The notes under the pieces are model-generated. The model worked only from the letters and a program-made list of their open reading frames with translations. It made no database searches and had not been told where the DNA came from. Made by a program: the position numbers and the translations under genes. 48,182 nucleotides of DNA from Methanobacteriota archaeon (GTDB taxonomy: Archaea > JAADCQ01 > Methanopyri > Methanopyrales > Methanopyraceae): assembly GCA_027064305.1 (NCBI GenBank), contig JAMOPY010000021.1, positions 1 to 48,182 of the forward strand, written 5' to 3'. Every line of letters starts with the position of its first letter. Positions within the stretch are counted from its first letter, which is position 1. This document shows positions 1 to 8,915 of the stretch, one piece after another.

Positions 1-2
1 AG

Positions 3-242
3 GCCCACGAGCTCGTCCGGAGGCTCGCCATGCGGGCGTGGGAGGAGGACCGCGAGTTCCTGGAGGTGGTGCGGGAGGAGGAGCGCGTCCTGGAGCTGAT
101 CCCGGAGGACGAGCTGGCCGAGATCCTAGACCCGGAGCGCTACCTGGGCGTGGCGCCCGAGCTAGCGCGGGAGGCGGCGGAGAAGACCCGACGGGACCTG
201 GAGCGGTTGGAGGAGGAGTTCCGGGATGTCCTCAGCGCCTGA
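3..242 (+). CDS. purB: Adenylosuccinate lyase, C-terminal fragment (5' truncated by window edge)
   Basis: Frame open from base 3: AHELVRRLAMRAWEE...ELAEILDPERYLG, typical ASL C-terminal domain. Confidence 0.85.
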   Translation, partial: AHELVRRLAMRAWEEDREFLEVVREEERVLELIPEDELAEILDPERYLGVAPELAREAAEKTRRDLERLEEEFRDVLSA

Positions 243-1764
243 GGTCCGGGTGCGACGCTGCGACTGCGCGCGCGTGCTGGAACTCGACGGGGTGACCACC
301 CCCGCCCCCTTCCTTCACGTCCCCCGGTTCGAGTCCCTCCGACGGCTGGACCGCACCCTCGGCGAGCTGGCGTCCGAGCTGCTGAGCCTGGCGGACGATG
401 GGTGCGTTCGGCTGAGGCCCGAGCCCGCTGGGGAGTGGAGCCCGGAGCGGCCGGCGCGTGACGGTCCGGTGGTGCACTACCACCTGGAGCGCGTGCCCGA
501 TCCGGAGGCGCTCGCCGGACTCGTGCGCCGGGTGCGGGAGGACGGGGCCATCCGGGCCGTGACCGTGCGGGATCCCGAGTGGATACCGCTGCTGTACTAC
601 CTGGGGTTCGACCTCTTCGACGCACTCCTGTGCGTGCGGCTGGCCCTCCGAGGCGAGCTCCTGCTGGAGGACTTCTCCACCGAGCGCCGGGACGAGGACC
701 CGGTGAGGCTCCTGCGGGAGAACTGGGAGCGGTTCCGATCCTCACTGAAAAGGCTGGAGCGCCTGCTAAGGTCGGGCGGGCTGAGGGAGCTGGTGGAGTC
801 TGTGGCGGCTCGACACCCCCGGGTTGCGGAGGCGCTTCGGGTGTGCGATCGGGAGAGGGTGCTGGTAAGGCACGTGAACCTAGCCCGGGAGACGGAGATC
901 CGGTGCTCCACCGACCTCTCCTTCGATCGCCCCGAGGTCTCGGAGTGGGTGCGCCGGGTCGCCCGGTACCGGCCCCCGTCGTGGGCGGAAGCCTTCGTGC
1001 TCCTCCCGTGCACGGCCCGCAAACCGTACTCGCGCTCACCCTTGCACCGGCGCGTTTCCAGGGTGACGAGGGAGTTTCCCGTGGATGAACTGATCGTCAC
1101 GAGCCCGTTGGGGATCGTACCCCGGGCGCTGGAGCGCACCTTCCCGGCCGCGCACTACGACGTCCGGGTAACGGGGGAGTGGACCCGGGAGGAGGTTGAG
1201 CGGGCGGCGCGGCTGGTGGAGAGGATCGTGCCGGAGTCCTCGGTCCTCGTTTGTCACGCCCACGGCGGCTACCGGCTCGTGGGAGAGGAGCTGAAGGAGC
1301 GCGGGCTCGAGGTGCGGTTCACCTGTGGACGGGAGGAGAACCCCGCGTCCCGGCGGGCCCTGCGTCGGCTGAGGGAGGAGCTGGAAGGGTTGCTGGAGCG
1401 AGGCGGTGGCGATCCGAGCGAGCACGTGCCGCGGGCCGTCTCCCTGTTCCAGTTCGGGGTGGACGCGCTGGAGGGGCTGGAGTACCGGTTCGACGGGCAG
1501 CACGTGCGCTCCGAGGAGGGGGATCGGTGGTTCACCGTCGTGCCCACGACCGGGCTGCTGGCGCTGTCCGAGGAGGGGGCGCGCGTCTGCCTGAAGGCCG
1601 GGGTCGAGCCCGTCCGGATCGAAGGTGGAGAGGTGGTGGTGCCGGGGGACGCCCGACCGGGCCTGCACTGGCCGGCGGTGGTGGACGGTGAGGTCAGGCC
1701 GTGCCGGGTGCTGGTGAGGCCCGAGGACGCGCCGCCAGGGGCCGAGGTGGTCGATCTCCGGTAG
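226..1764 (+). CDS. arcS: Archaeosine synthase alpha subunit-like (ArcS/TgtA2 family)
   Basis: N-terminal TGT-like TTPAPF segment; LPCTARKPYSRSPLH motif; TSPLGIVPRALE..FPAAHYD..VTG.W. Confidence 0.8.
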   Translation: MSSAPEVRVRRCDCARVLELDGVTTPAPFLHVPRFESLRRLDRTLGELASELLSLADDGCVRLRPEPAGEWSPERPARDGPVVHYHLERVPDPEALAGLVRRVREDGAIRAVTVRDPEWIPLLYYLGFDLFDALLCVRLALRGELLLEDFSTERRDEDPVRLLRENWERFRSSLKRLERLLRSGGLRELVESVAARHPRVAEALRVCDRERVLVRHVNLARETEIRCSTDLSFDRPEVSEWVRRVARYRPPSWAEAFVLLPCTARKPYSRSPLHRRVSRVTREFPVDELIVTSPLGIVPRALERTFPAAHYDVRVTGEWTREEVERAARLVERIVPESSVLVCHAHGGYRLVGEELKERGLEVRFTCGREENPASRRALRRLREELEGLLERGGGDPSEHVPRAVSLFQFGVDALEGLEYRFDGQHVRSEEGDRWFTVVPTTGLLALSEEGARVCLKAGVEPVRIEGGEVVVPGDARPGLHWPAVVDGEVRPCRVLVRPEDAPPGAEVVDLR

Positions 1765-1795
1765 GGGGCGGGCTCCCCAGGTCATTTAAGTCCGG

Positions 1796-3277
1796 GTGGG
1801 TGACTGGGCCCGGGTGACCGAGCTGGGTGGGAGGCCCCGCGTCACCATCGTGACCGAGGGAACCTATCCGATCACGCTGGGTGGCGTCACGACCTGGGTG
1901 CAGCGGCTGATTGAGTACTCCGAGAACGTCAGGTTCAACGTCCTGTGCCTGGCGCCCCCCGACAAGAAGGAGCCGGTGGTGGAGATCCCGGACAACGTGG
2001 AGGAGGTGGTCATCGAGGAGGTCATCCCGCGCCGGTCGGACCCGCGCAGGTGGCTGGATAGGGCGTTACCCACGCACAGGATCAAGTGGTCGATCGGTCG
2101 GAGGCTGGGGCGTTATAAAGGGCTGGAACGGGCGCTCCGACGCCTGTTGGAGGGGAGGACGCTGGACGATGAGATGCTGAGGGAGCTGTACAGGGGTTCT
2201 AAGCGACCGTCGCGGGTGCTCCAGGGGCCGCTGGTGCACTCGCTGGTAGAGTTCGCGGAGGAGCTGGCGGGTCCCGTGGATCGTCTCAGCGACGCGTACT
2301 GGGCCGTCGTGAACGTCTGCTCGTTCGCGCTGGGGATCGCCTCGCACGCCCGCAGGCTGCCGGAGTGCGACGTGGCGCACCCTCAGAACAGCGGTGTGTG
2401 CGGGTTCCTGTGCGCCGTCCGGAAGGCGGCTCACGGTACCCCCTTCATCGTCACCGAGCACGGCATACTGACGAAGGAGCTGGACGCCCGGCTGGAGGGA
2501 ATGAGCGAGCTCGAGCGGGAGCTGTACCGGGGCTGCTTCGAGTCGATGATCAGGACCTCGTACCGGCACTGCGACGAGATCCTGGAGATCTCGGACTACC
2601 ATCGGGAGCACGCCGTGAGGCAGGGGGCGCCGGAGGAGAAGGTGGACGTGATCTACTCGGGTATTGAGACGTGGAAGTTCCCACCGCCCGAGGACATGGA
2701 GGGGAAGTTCCTGCGGGCGGGCCGGCTGCACGTGGGCACGGTGGCGAGGGTGGAGCCGATCAAGGGGATCGACGTGTTCGTCCGCATGGCCGCCCGGGTG
2801 GTGAAGAGGCTGGGCCGGGATCGGGTCCGGTTCCACGTGGTCGGGCCCGTGGACGACGAGGAGTACTACCGGGAGTGCGTGAGGCTGGTCCGCCGGCACG
2901 GCTTACGCGGGATCTTCAAGTTCCACGGCCCTCAACCCCCGGACGAGGTGCTCCGGTTCTACCACCGGTTCCACGTGTTCGTGCTGTCCAGTCGGTCGGA
3001 AGGGTTGCCGATGTCCCTCCTGGAGGCGATGAGCACCGGGTGCCCGGTGGTGGCCTCGGAGGTGGGTGCGGTCCCGTACATCGTGGACGAGGAGATTGGA
3101 CGGACGTTCCCGGCCGAGGACCACCGGGCCGGGGCCGAGGCGCTCGTGAGCGTGCTCAAGGACCCGAGTCGGCTGCTCGAGATGGCGCGCCGGGCCGTTG
3201 AGAGGGCCGAGCGGTTCGACGTCGTCCGGATGTGTCGGGAGTACGAGCGGCGTTACGCCACGTACGCCCGATCGTAG
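1796..3277 (+). CDS. pelF: GT4 glycosyltransferase of PelF type (start may be GTG 1814)
   Basis: N-terminal EGTYP..LGGVTTWVQRLI motif, TEHGI, GT-B C-terminus VARVEPIKGI and SRSEGLPMSLLEAM. Confidence 0.8.
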   Translation: MGDWARVTELGGRPRVTIVTEGTYPITLGGVTTWVQRLIEYSENVRFNVLCLAPPDKKEPVVEIPDNVEEVVIEEVIPRRSDPRRWLDRALPTHRIKWSIGRRLGRYKGLERALRRLLEGRTLDDEMLRELYRGSKRPSRVLQGPLVHSLVEFAEELAGPVDRLSDAYWAVVNVCSFALGIASHARRLPECDVAHPQNSGVCGFLCAVRKAAHGTPFIVTEHGILTKELDARLEGMSELERELYRGCFESMIRTSYRHCDEILEISDYHREHAVRQGAPEEKVDVIYSGIETWKFPPPEDMEGKFLRAGRLHVGTVARVEPIKGIDVFVRMAARVVKRLGRDRVRFHVVGPVDDEEYYRECVRLVRRHGLRGIFKFHGPQPPDEVLRFYHRFHVFVLSSRSEGLPMSLLEAMSTGCPVVASEVGAVPYIVDEEIGRTFPAEDHRAGAEALVSVLKDPSRLLEMARRAVERAERFDVVRMCREYERRYATYARS

Positions 3278-3291
3278 CTCGGGTGGACGGG

Positions 3292-4803
3292 ATGGGATTC
3301 CTGTCGCACGCGCTGGCCCGGGCCCTGAGCGGGGCGGGGCCCGGGGCCGAGATGCGTCCGATCGTGCGGACCACGCTGCTGCTGTCCCCCGTCTGGACGG
3401 TGTTCGCGCTCACCGTCCTGGTCCAGTCGATCCCGGGCGAGCTGATCCCACGGCTGAGCCTCGGACTGATAGCGGGCGTGCTGGCGTCCGCGCCCTTCCA
3501 GGTCTTCGGCTCCCGGATCGCCTCGGACGTCAGGCACCTGGGAGCCCTCTCGCCGCTCCTGGGGACGCTGATCCTGGTGAGCCTCCTGTACCCTCCCTCC
3601 GTCTACCTGGTGGGCTGGTGCCTGGCGCTCTTCCTTCGAACGCAGCTCTCCCCCGAGGAGCTCAGACTGGCCGGGCTCGTGGGAGCTTCCTACACGCTAA
3701 GCTGCATGGTTGAGGCCAGCCGGGAGGAGGATGAGTGGCGCCCCGTCGCGCAGGTCGTGGTCGCGTGGTCGGTGTTTCTGGCCGCCTCGATCCTCATCGG
3801 TTGGATCGTGCGAGATACGCTACTGGCGGTTGAGCTGGCCTCGCTACCGACGCTCTCGGTGCTGGCGGTGAGCCTGGCGCTCAACGTGCGGGGGCGCGCG
3901 GTGCCGCCCAGGGAGCCGTCTCTCGGGTACGTGATCGGGAGCGTGATCGTGGCCGTGGCCGCCCTTCTGGACCTCTTAATCCTCATGATCTCGTCCGTGG
4001 CGTACTACCTCGCGGTGTTCTTCGACAAGCTCCTGATCTGGTCCGAGTACGGCTTCCCGTACCCGCCGCTGGACGTGCCGTCGCTCTTGGGAATGCTCCC
4101 GCTGATGGCGGGGACGTTCGCCTCCGGGTGCTTCTGGGCGAGCGTGGGGGACGACTTGAGCCGCGCGTACGAGGCCGGGAGGGACGAGTTCCGGAAGATC
4201 CGTCGGAGGGTGCGCTCGGAGTTTCGGCGCGGGGTGGGACTGACCCTGCTGCTCTCGGGCGCGATCCTGATCGAGCTGACGTTGGCGGTGGGCCCGCACG
4301 CGGGGTGGATGGGGTACATCTCGGGCCCGCTGGGGGCGTCCCTGATCGCGCTGGCGGTCTGGGGACTGAGGACGCGTGTGGGGTTGGAGGTGGCGCCGCC
4401 GCTCGCGGGTACCGCGGCGCTCTCACTTCCCGCGTGGGGGTGGGAGGTATCCCGGGTGAGCGCGGACCTGATGCTGCTGTACTCGCTCGGCAGCGTTCCG
4501 GGGGCCCTGGTAGTCTACATATACTCACAGCTGGCCGCGTTCCGTCGGGAGGAGGAGGCCACGGCGGCGCTGTTCCTGGTACCGCTCCTCGAACTTCTCG
4601 TCGCCCGATGGTGGGGCGTCGACCGGGTGGCCGTGGGGTACTTGCTGGGATCGGGCGCGTCGGCGGCCGTTCACCTCCTGACGGCGGTCAGGATGTGGGG
4701 AAACCTGCGCGAGGAGCTGTACCGGGTGCTCTCGTACAGCAGCCACCTCTCGTACGTGGTCGAGGTGCCGAGGTACGGGGGTGAGAAGCCGTGGTCCAAG
4801 TGA
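3292..4803 (+). CDS. pelG: Multi-pass membrane protein, PelG-like exopolysaccharide exporter
   Basis: Many hydrophobic helices; FFDKLLIW...YPPLDVPSLLG resembles the PelG DK..W / YD.P motif; directly follows pelF; ATG 3292 preceded by GGTGGA. Confidence 0.6.
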   Translation: MGFLSHALARALSGAGPGAEMRPIVRTTLLLSPVWTVFALTVLVQSIPGELIPRLSLGLIAGVLASAPFQVFGSRIASDVRHLGALSPLLGTLILVSLLYPPSVYLVGWCLALFLRTQLSPEELRLAGLVGASYTLSCMVEASREEDEWRPVAQVVVAWSVFLAASILIGWIVRDTLLAVELASLPTLSVLAVSLALNVRGRAVPPREPSLGYVIGSVIVAVAALLDLLILMISSVAYYLAVFFDKLLIWSEYGFPYPPLDVPSLLGMLPLMAGTFASGCFWASVGDDLSRAYEAGRDEFRKIRRRVRSEFRRGVGLTLLLSGAILIELTLAVGPHAGWMGYISGPLGASLIALAVWGLRTRVGLEVAPPLAGTAALSLPAWGWEVSRVSADLMLLYSLGSVPGALVVYIYSQLAAFRREEEATAALFLVPLLELLVARWWGVDRVAVGYLLGSGASAAVHLLTAVRMWGNLREELYRVLSYSSHLSYVVEVPRYGGEKPWSK

Positions 4804-6062
4804 GCGTGGAGGTCTACGGGTGCGCGGCGAACCGGGACGATGGCAGACTAGTGAAGGCCCTGCTCCGTCGGGCCGGGTTCGAGCTGGTGGACCCTGAGGA
4901 GGCGGACGTGGTCGTGCTCCTCACTTGCATCGTTCGAGACAGCGTGGACGCCCGCATGGTCAACCGGATGGTGGAGCTGGAGGGTCGTCCCACGGTAGTG
5001 GCGGGCTGCTTCCCGGAGGCTTACCCGGACCGCGTCCGGAAGATTCGGCCCGACGCCTCCCTGGTAGGTCCTAGACACCTGGACCGCGTCGTGGAGGCGG
5101 TCCGGGCGGCGCTGCGGGGGGATCGGGTGGAGTTCATCGGCGATCGGGAAGGGCTGGACTGGAAGGCCGACGCGCCGCGGGTCCTCCCCGGCCTGAGCGC
5201 GATCGTGCCGATCTGCGAGGGTTGCCCCAACCGGTGCGCCTACTGCGCCGTCAAGCTGGCCCGGGGGGACCTGCGCAGCTTCCCGCCCGAGCGTCTGCTG
5301 CGCCGGGTTGAGCGGGAGCTGGAGCGCGGGGCGGTGGAGGTCCACCTCACCGCGCAGGACACGGCCGCGTACGGCCTGGATCGGTCGGGCGTTGACCTGG
5401 TCGACCTACTGGAGGAGGTGGTGGAGCGGTGCTCCCGGCACGGGGCCCGGGTCAGGTTGGGCATGTTCAACCCGGGGAGCGCGTACCCGATCGCGGACGA
5501 GCTGGCGGACCTGTTCGCCACGTGGGACGACGTGCTCTACCGAGCGGTGCACATGCCGGTGCAGAGTGGTGACGACGAGGTGCTGCGACGCATGAACCGC
5601 AACTACACGGTCGAGGAGGCGCTGGAGGTGCACCGGGCCTTCAAGCGGCGGCTCGGGTACTTCACGTTCATCACGGACGTGATCGTGGGCTTCCCTGGGG
5701 AGACGGAGGAGGCGTTCCGCAACACGTTGAGGTTCCTGGAGCGGACCCGGCCGCACATCCTCCACGCCGCCCGGTTCTGCCGGCGCCCCCGCACCCCGGC
5801 CGCCGAGATGAGGGACCAGGTGCCGGAGCGGGTCAAGCTTCGGCGGAGCCGAATCTTGCACAGGAAGCGGCTGGAGTGGGCGCGCGAGGCGAACCGGGAG
5901 CTGGTCGGTCGGAGGGTTGAGGTGACGGTGCTGGAGAAGGGGTGGGGCCGGGACGAGCACGCGAAAAAGGCGGTATTTCGGGGTGAGGAACCCGACCCGG
6001 GCAGCCGGGTGCGGTGCCGCGTGGTGGACGCGTGTCACTCAAAGCTGGTGGTGGAAGCTTGA
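4791..6062 (+). CDS. mtaB: tRNA methylthiotransferase, MiaB/MtaB-like radical SAM
   Basis: YGCAAN..D, LLTC, VAGC (UPF0004 domain); EGCPNRCAYC; DVIVGFPGETEE; TRAM-like tail. Confidence 0.88.
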   Translation: MVQVSVEVYGCAANRDDGRLVKALLRRAGFELVDPEEADVVVLLTCIVRDSVDARMVNRMVELEGRPTVVAGCFPEAYPDRVRKIRPDASLVGPRHLDRVVEAVRAALRGDRVEFIGDREGLDWKADAPRVLPGLSAIVPICEGCPNRCAYCAVKLARGDLRSFPPERLLRRVERELERGAVEVHLTAQDTAAYGLDRSGVDLVDLLEEVVERCSRHGARVRLGMFNPGSAYPIADELADLFATWDDVLYRAVHMPVQSGDDEVLRRMNRNYTVEEALEVHRAFKRRLGYFTFITDVIVGFPGETEEAFRNTLRFLERTRPHILHAARFCRRPRTPAAEMRDQVPERVKLRRSRILHRKRLEWAREANRELVGRRVEVTVLEKGWGRDEHAKKAVFRGEEPDPGSRVRCRVVDACHSKLVVEA

Positions 6063-6071
6063 GGCCGGACG

Positions 6072-6129
6072 GCGGTCGGAGAGTACAGCCCTCCTCACCG
6101 CCTCGGACGCGAGCCGATCGTCATCCCGC
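6072..6129 (-). ncRNA. Box C/D sRNA candidate 1
   Basis: Minus strand GCG-GGATGA-CGATCGGCTCGCGT-CCGA-GG-CGGTGA-GGAGGGCTGTACTCT-CCGA-CCGC: C, D', C', D-like boxes, 14-15 nt spacers, terminal GCGG/CCGC stem, fills an intergenic gap. Confidence 0.7.
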
Positions 6130-6145
6130 GTAGGGGGCGTCACGG

Positions 6146-6349
6146 TTGATCCCAATAATAGTGATGGCGGGACTGCCGCTCCTCTTGCTGGCGATCGCGG
6201 CCGTCCTGATACTGGCGATCGCGCTGGTGCTGTTCGGGAGGTCCTCGCTGAGGAGGGCCGCGCTGGAGGCGTTGGAGCTTCTGAAGGAGAGTTTGGAGGA
6301 TGTGGAGTCAAGTGAGGATACAGACGACGGGGATGCGGATGGGGATTGA
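6146..6349 (+). CDS. Small single-pass membrane protein
   Basis: 67-aa ORF with ~25-residue hydrophobic stretch then acidic tail; fills gap without overlap. Confidence 0.5.
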   Translation: MIPIIVMAGLPLLLLAIAAVLILAIALVLFGRSSLRRAALEALELLKESLEDVESSEDTDDGDADGD

Positions 6350-6350
6350 T

Positions 6351-7001
6351 CTACAAACGCACCGCGACCAGCGCCCGATCCCCCTCACCGCCCCTCAGCG
6401 AGCTCACCAGTCCGGCCACCACGTTCCGAACGACCCTCTCGACGAACGGGTTCAAGGGCACCGGACGCTCGTCGACCAGGACGGTGGCCAGCTCCGGCGC
6501 CCGGCAGTCGTCCGGTGAGGCCTCACCGCGCGCGACCGCCCGACGGAACGCGCGGCAGGAATCGTACCCGCATCGGCCGCAGTCGGCCTCCGCCGTGTAC
6601 TTGACCGCGTACCGGACCACGGCGTCCTCCGGCGCCCCCTCGAGCTCCTCCGCGGGGATCGTGGCGCCCTCATGACGCCCGCCGAACCCCACCCTCACTC
6701 CCAGCTCCCGGGATCCGAATCCCTCCACGATCGCGTAATCGATTCCCAGCAGCGAGAGGAGGCCGAGGATGGTGTCCACCTTCAGCTCAGGCAGGAACAG
6801 GACCGTTTCCGATTCGGCCACCCCGGCCCGCACGTCCGCGGGGACGCGCCCCGTGTCGCGGGAGCGGAGGTCCAGCCGGGGCTCCCCGACGGACTTCACG
6901 TACCCTACCCGATAACCGCGCTTCCGCAGCCCCTGAACCGCCCTCCTGCAGAAGGACGTCTTGCCGGAGCCCTTAGGCCCCACGACCTGAAGGACGCGCA
7001 T
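6351..7001 (-). CDS. mobB: Molybdopterin-guanine dinucleotide biosynthesis protein MobB with Fe-S domain
   Basis: P-loop GPKGSGKT, VGYVK, VEGF, DCGRCGYDSC cluster, VPLNPFV tail. Confidence 0.85.
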   Translation of the reverse strand: MRVLQVVGPKGSGKTSFCRRAVQGLRKRGYRVGYVKSVGEPRLDLRSRDTGRVPADVRAGVAESETVLFLPELKVDTILGLLSLLGIDYAIVEGFGSRELGVRVGFGGRHEGATIPAEELEGAPEDAVVRYAVKYTAEADCGRCGYDSCRAFRRAVARGEASPDDCRAPELATVLVDERPVPLNPFVERVVRNVVAGLVSSLRGGEGDRALVAVRL

Positions 7002-7041
7002 CGTTCAACCCCGAGGATGGGCGCGCTCGGGGCACGGGGGC

Positions 7042-7464
7042 TCACCGGGTCTCCCAGCAGATCCTGATCCGACCCTCGTCCACCTCCTCCTTAAGCCGCG
7101 TGACGTTGACGCCCTCGCGGCTGAGCCCCTCCAGCACGAGGGCCTTGGCGATGGCAACGACGTCCTCGACGTGAGAGGTTTTGAGCGCCCCGGTCACCGT
7201 GACGCAGTTGTCCTCCCTGTGGAAGTCCTTAATGAAGCGGTACTTGGCGCCCAGCTCCAGGACGTCCTCGAGGCTCTCGGCCTTCACACCCTCCTCCGAC
7301 TCAAGGAACCTCAGGAACCGGCGCATGGCGTCCACGGCGACCTGCTCCCAGGCCTCACCAACGCGCTCCTGGATCGACCGCTTGAACGAGACGAACATGG
7401 CGAGCCCGACCAGACCGGGCTTGGGCAGCTCCTCCTCGGTCCTCAGGAGGTCCTCCATCTTCAT
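7042..7464 (-). CDS. Hypothetical protein, possibly V4R/H-NOX-like fold without Zn ligands (start 7464 or 7491)
   Basis: Clean acidic ORF with host-like codon use; helical N-half followed by beta-rich segment similar to gene 8388-8915. Confidence 0.55.
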   Translation of the reverse strand: MKMEDLLRTEEELPKPGLVGLAMFVSFKRSIQERVGEAWEQVAVDAMRRFLRFLESEEGVKAESLEDVLELGAKYRFIKDFHREDNCVTVTGALKTSHVEDVVAIAKALVLEGLSREGVNVTRLKEEVDEGRIRICWETR

Positions 7465-7560
7465 CCCCTCTTCATCGCCGGACTCGGTCAATCCAGTGAG
7501 CCCCCGGCCCCCTGCCCCACTGGGATCATTAACCGCTACCGCCTCGGCACCCCCGATAGC

Positions 7561-7574
7561 CCGGTTTTAAACCG
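7561..7574. promoter_or_regulatory. Near-palindromic TATA element in divergent spacer
   Basis: CCGGTTTTAAACCG, AT island between divergently oriented genes. Confidence 0.5.
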
Positions 7575-7655
7575 TAGCGGGTGGTCCGGTGTCGCGCCGC
7601 CGCCGGGCGGAAGGCTGATACCGGGCGCCGGCTGCGTGGGGACCGGGTGAGCGCG

Positions 7656-8303
7656 GTGAAGGTGACGGTGGTGGTCTCGGACGAGCCGCCGAAGGTGGAG
7701 GGATTGAAGTCGGGCCCGGGGTTCGCGGCGCTGATCGAGAACCGGAGGACGGTGCTCTTCGACACCGGGCCCAGCCCGGACCTGCTGGAGCATAACCTCA
7801 GGGAACTGGGGTACGAGCCGGACGACGTGGACTTCGTCGTGATATCCCACAACCACTGGGATCACGCGGGCGGGCTGGAGGCCGTCGCGCCCCATGCCTT
7901 GAGGGTGATCACACCGGAACGGTTGAACGTGCCGAACGAGATGGTTCGAGAGGAGTGGTTGGGGATCGACGACGAGGTCGTGCTGACCGACGTGCTCGAG
8001 GGCCCGCCGAGGGAGCGGGCCGCGTTCGTGAACGGGCTCCTGGTGACCGGGTGCGCGCACCCGGGGGTCGACCGGTTCGCGGAGTGGTGCGTTCGCCGCG
8101 GCCTGAAGGTGAGGGCGGTCCTGGGTGGGTTCCACCTGATGGGGGCGTCGCGTCGGGAGGTGGAGCGGATCGCCGACCGGCTGAGGGAGCTCGGGGTAAG
8201 GGTCGCGGGACCGTGCCACTGCTCCGGGGACCTCGCGAAGGAGGTGTTTCGGGAGCGGTTCGAGTTCGTCGACGTGGGGCCGGGGCTGGAGGTGAGGGTC
8301 TAA
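7656..8303 (+). CDS. Metallo-beta-lactamase fold hydrolase (MJ0301-like, possibly methanopterin pathway)
   Basis: LFDTG, ISHNHWDHAGG, TGCAHPG, GGFHL, PCHCSG; GGTGA before GTG 7656. Confidence 0.85.
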   Translation: MKVTVVVSDEPPKVEGLKSGPGFAALIENRRTVLFDTGPSPDLLEHNLRELGYEPDDVDFVVISHNHWDHAGGLEAVAPHALRVITPERLNVPNEMVREEWLGIDDEVVLTDVLEGPPRERAAFVNGLLVTGCAHPGVDRFAEWCVRRGLKVRAVLGGFHLMGASRREVERIADRLRELGVRVAGPCHCSGDLAKEVFRERFEFVDVGPGLEVRV

Positions 8304-8306
8304 GTG

Positions 8307-8352
8307 CCAACCAAACCAAAGTAAAGTAAAAGTAAACCAGAGTAAAGTAAAT
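8307..8352. repeat. A-rich pentamer tandem array
   Basis: CCAA CCAAA CCAAA GTAAA GTAAA A GTAAA CCAGA GTAAA GTAAA in a GC-rich background. Confidence 0.85.
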
Positions 8353-8387
8353 ACGACCCTCGACCGAGCCGCACGCGGGGCTGCCAG

Positions 8388-8915
8388 GTGTTCTTCCATG
8401 TGAAGGACCTGATCGAGATGGATAGGGAGAGGTCGGGGAGCGTGAGTCGGCTGGCGTTCCTCGTGGTCAGATCCATCATTTGGGACATGGAGGCGGACGG
8501 CGAGGCGAGGATTCTGGCGGAGCGGCTGGGTCGGGAAATCGTTCGCAGGGAGGGCGTCTCGAGCGTTGAGGAGGGGCTCAGACTGCTGGAGGAGATCGGA
8601 TGCGGTCGGGTCGTAGTGAACCGCGAGGAGACGCGGGAGGATGAGCGGGTGATGGATTGGGGGTACGAGACCGTCACTGTCTTCGAGTGCGTTTCGTGCG
8701 CCGGGGCGCCGGAGGTGGGTCGGACGCTGTGCTCGCTGGAGGCTGGCCTGATCGAGGGGATCGTCAGCGAGGTGAATGGTGAGGGATACTACGCGATCGA
8801 GTACGCGTGCTGGGGGCTGGGGGACGATCGATGCTCCTTCGCCCTGGTCCCGAAGGGTGATAAGGAGGGGGAGCTGAGGGTCAAGCGGATGGTTCGGGAG
8901 CGGGCGAGCGGTTAG
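8388..8915 (+). CDS. V4R domain protein
   Basis: ECVSC...LCSLEAGLIEG...EYACWGLGDDRCSF, the V4R Cys pattern. Confidence 0.85.
   Translation: MFFHVKDLIEMDRERSGSVSRLAFLVVRSIIWDMEADGEARILAERLGREIVRREGVSSVEEGLRLLEEIGCGRVVVNREETREDERVMDWGYETVTVFECVSCAGAPEVGRTLCSLEAGLIEGIVSEVNGEGYYAIEYACWGLGDDRCSFALVPKGDKEGELRVKRMVRERASG

Noticed and set aside
7009-7032. CCCCGAG/CTCGGGG hairpin before mobB
   Set aside because: Short GC stems are common by chance here and no U-tract follows
8307-8352. Repeat array as a mini-CRISPR
   Set aside because: Units are 5 bp with no unique spacers
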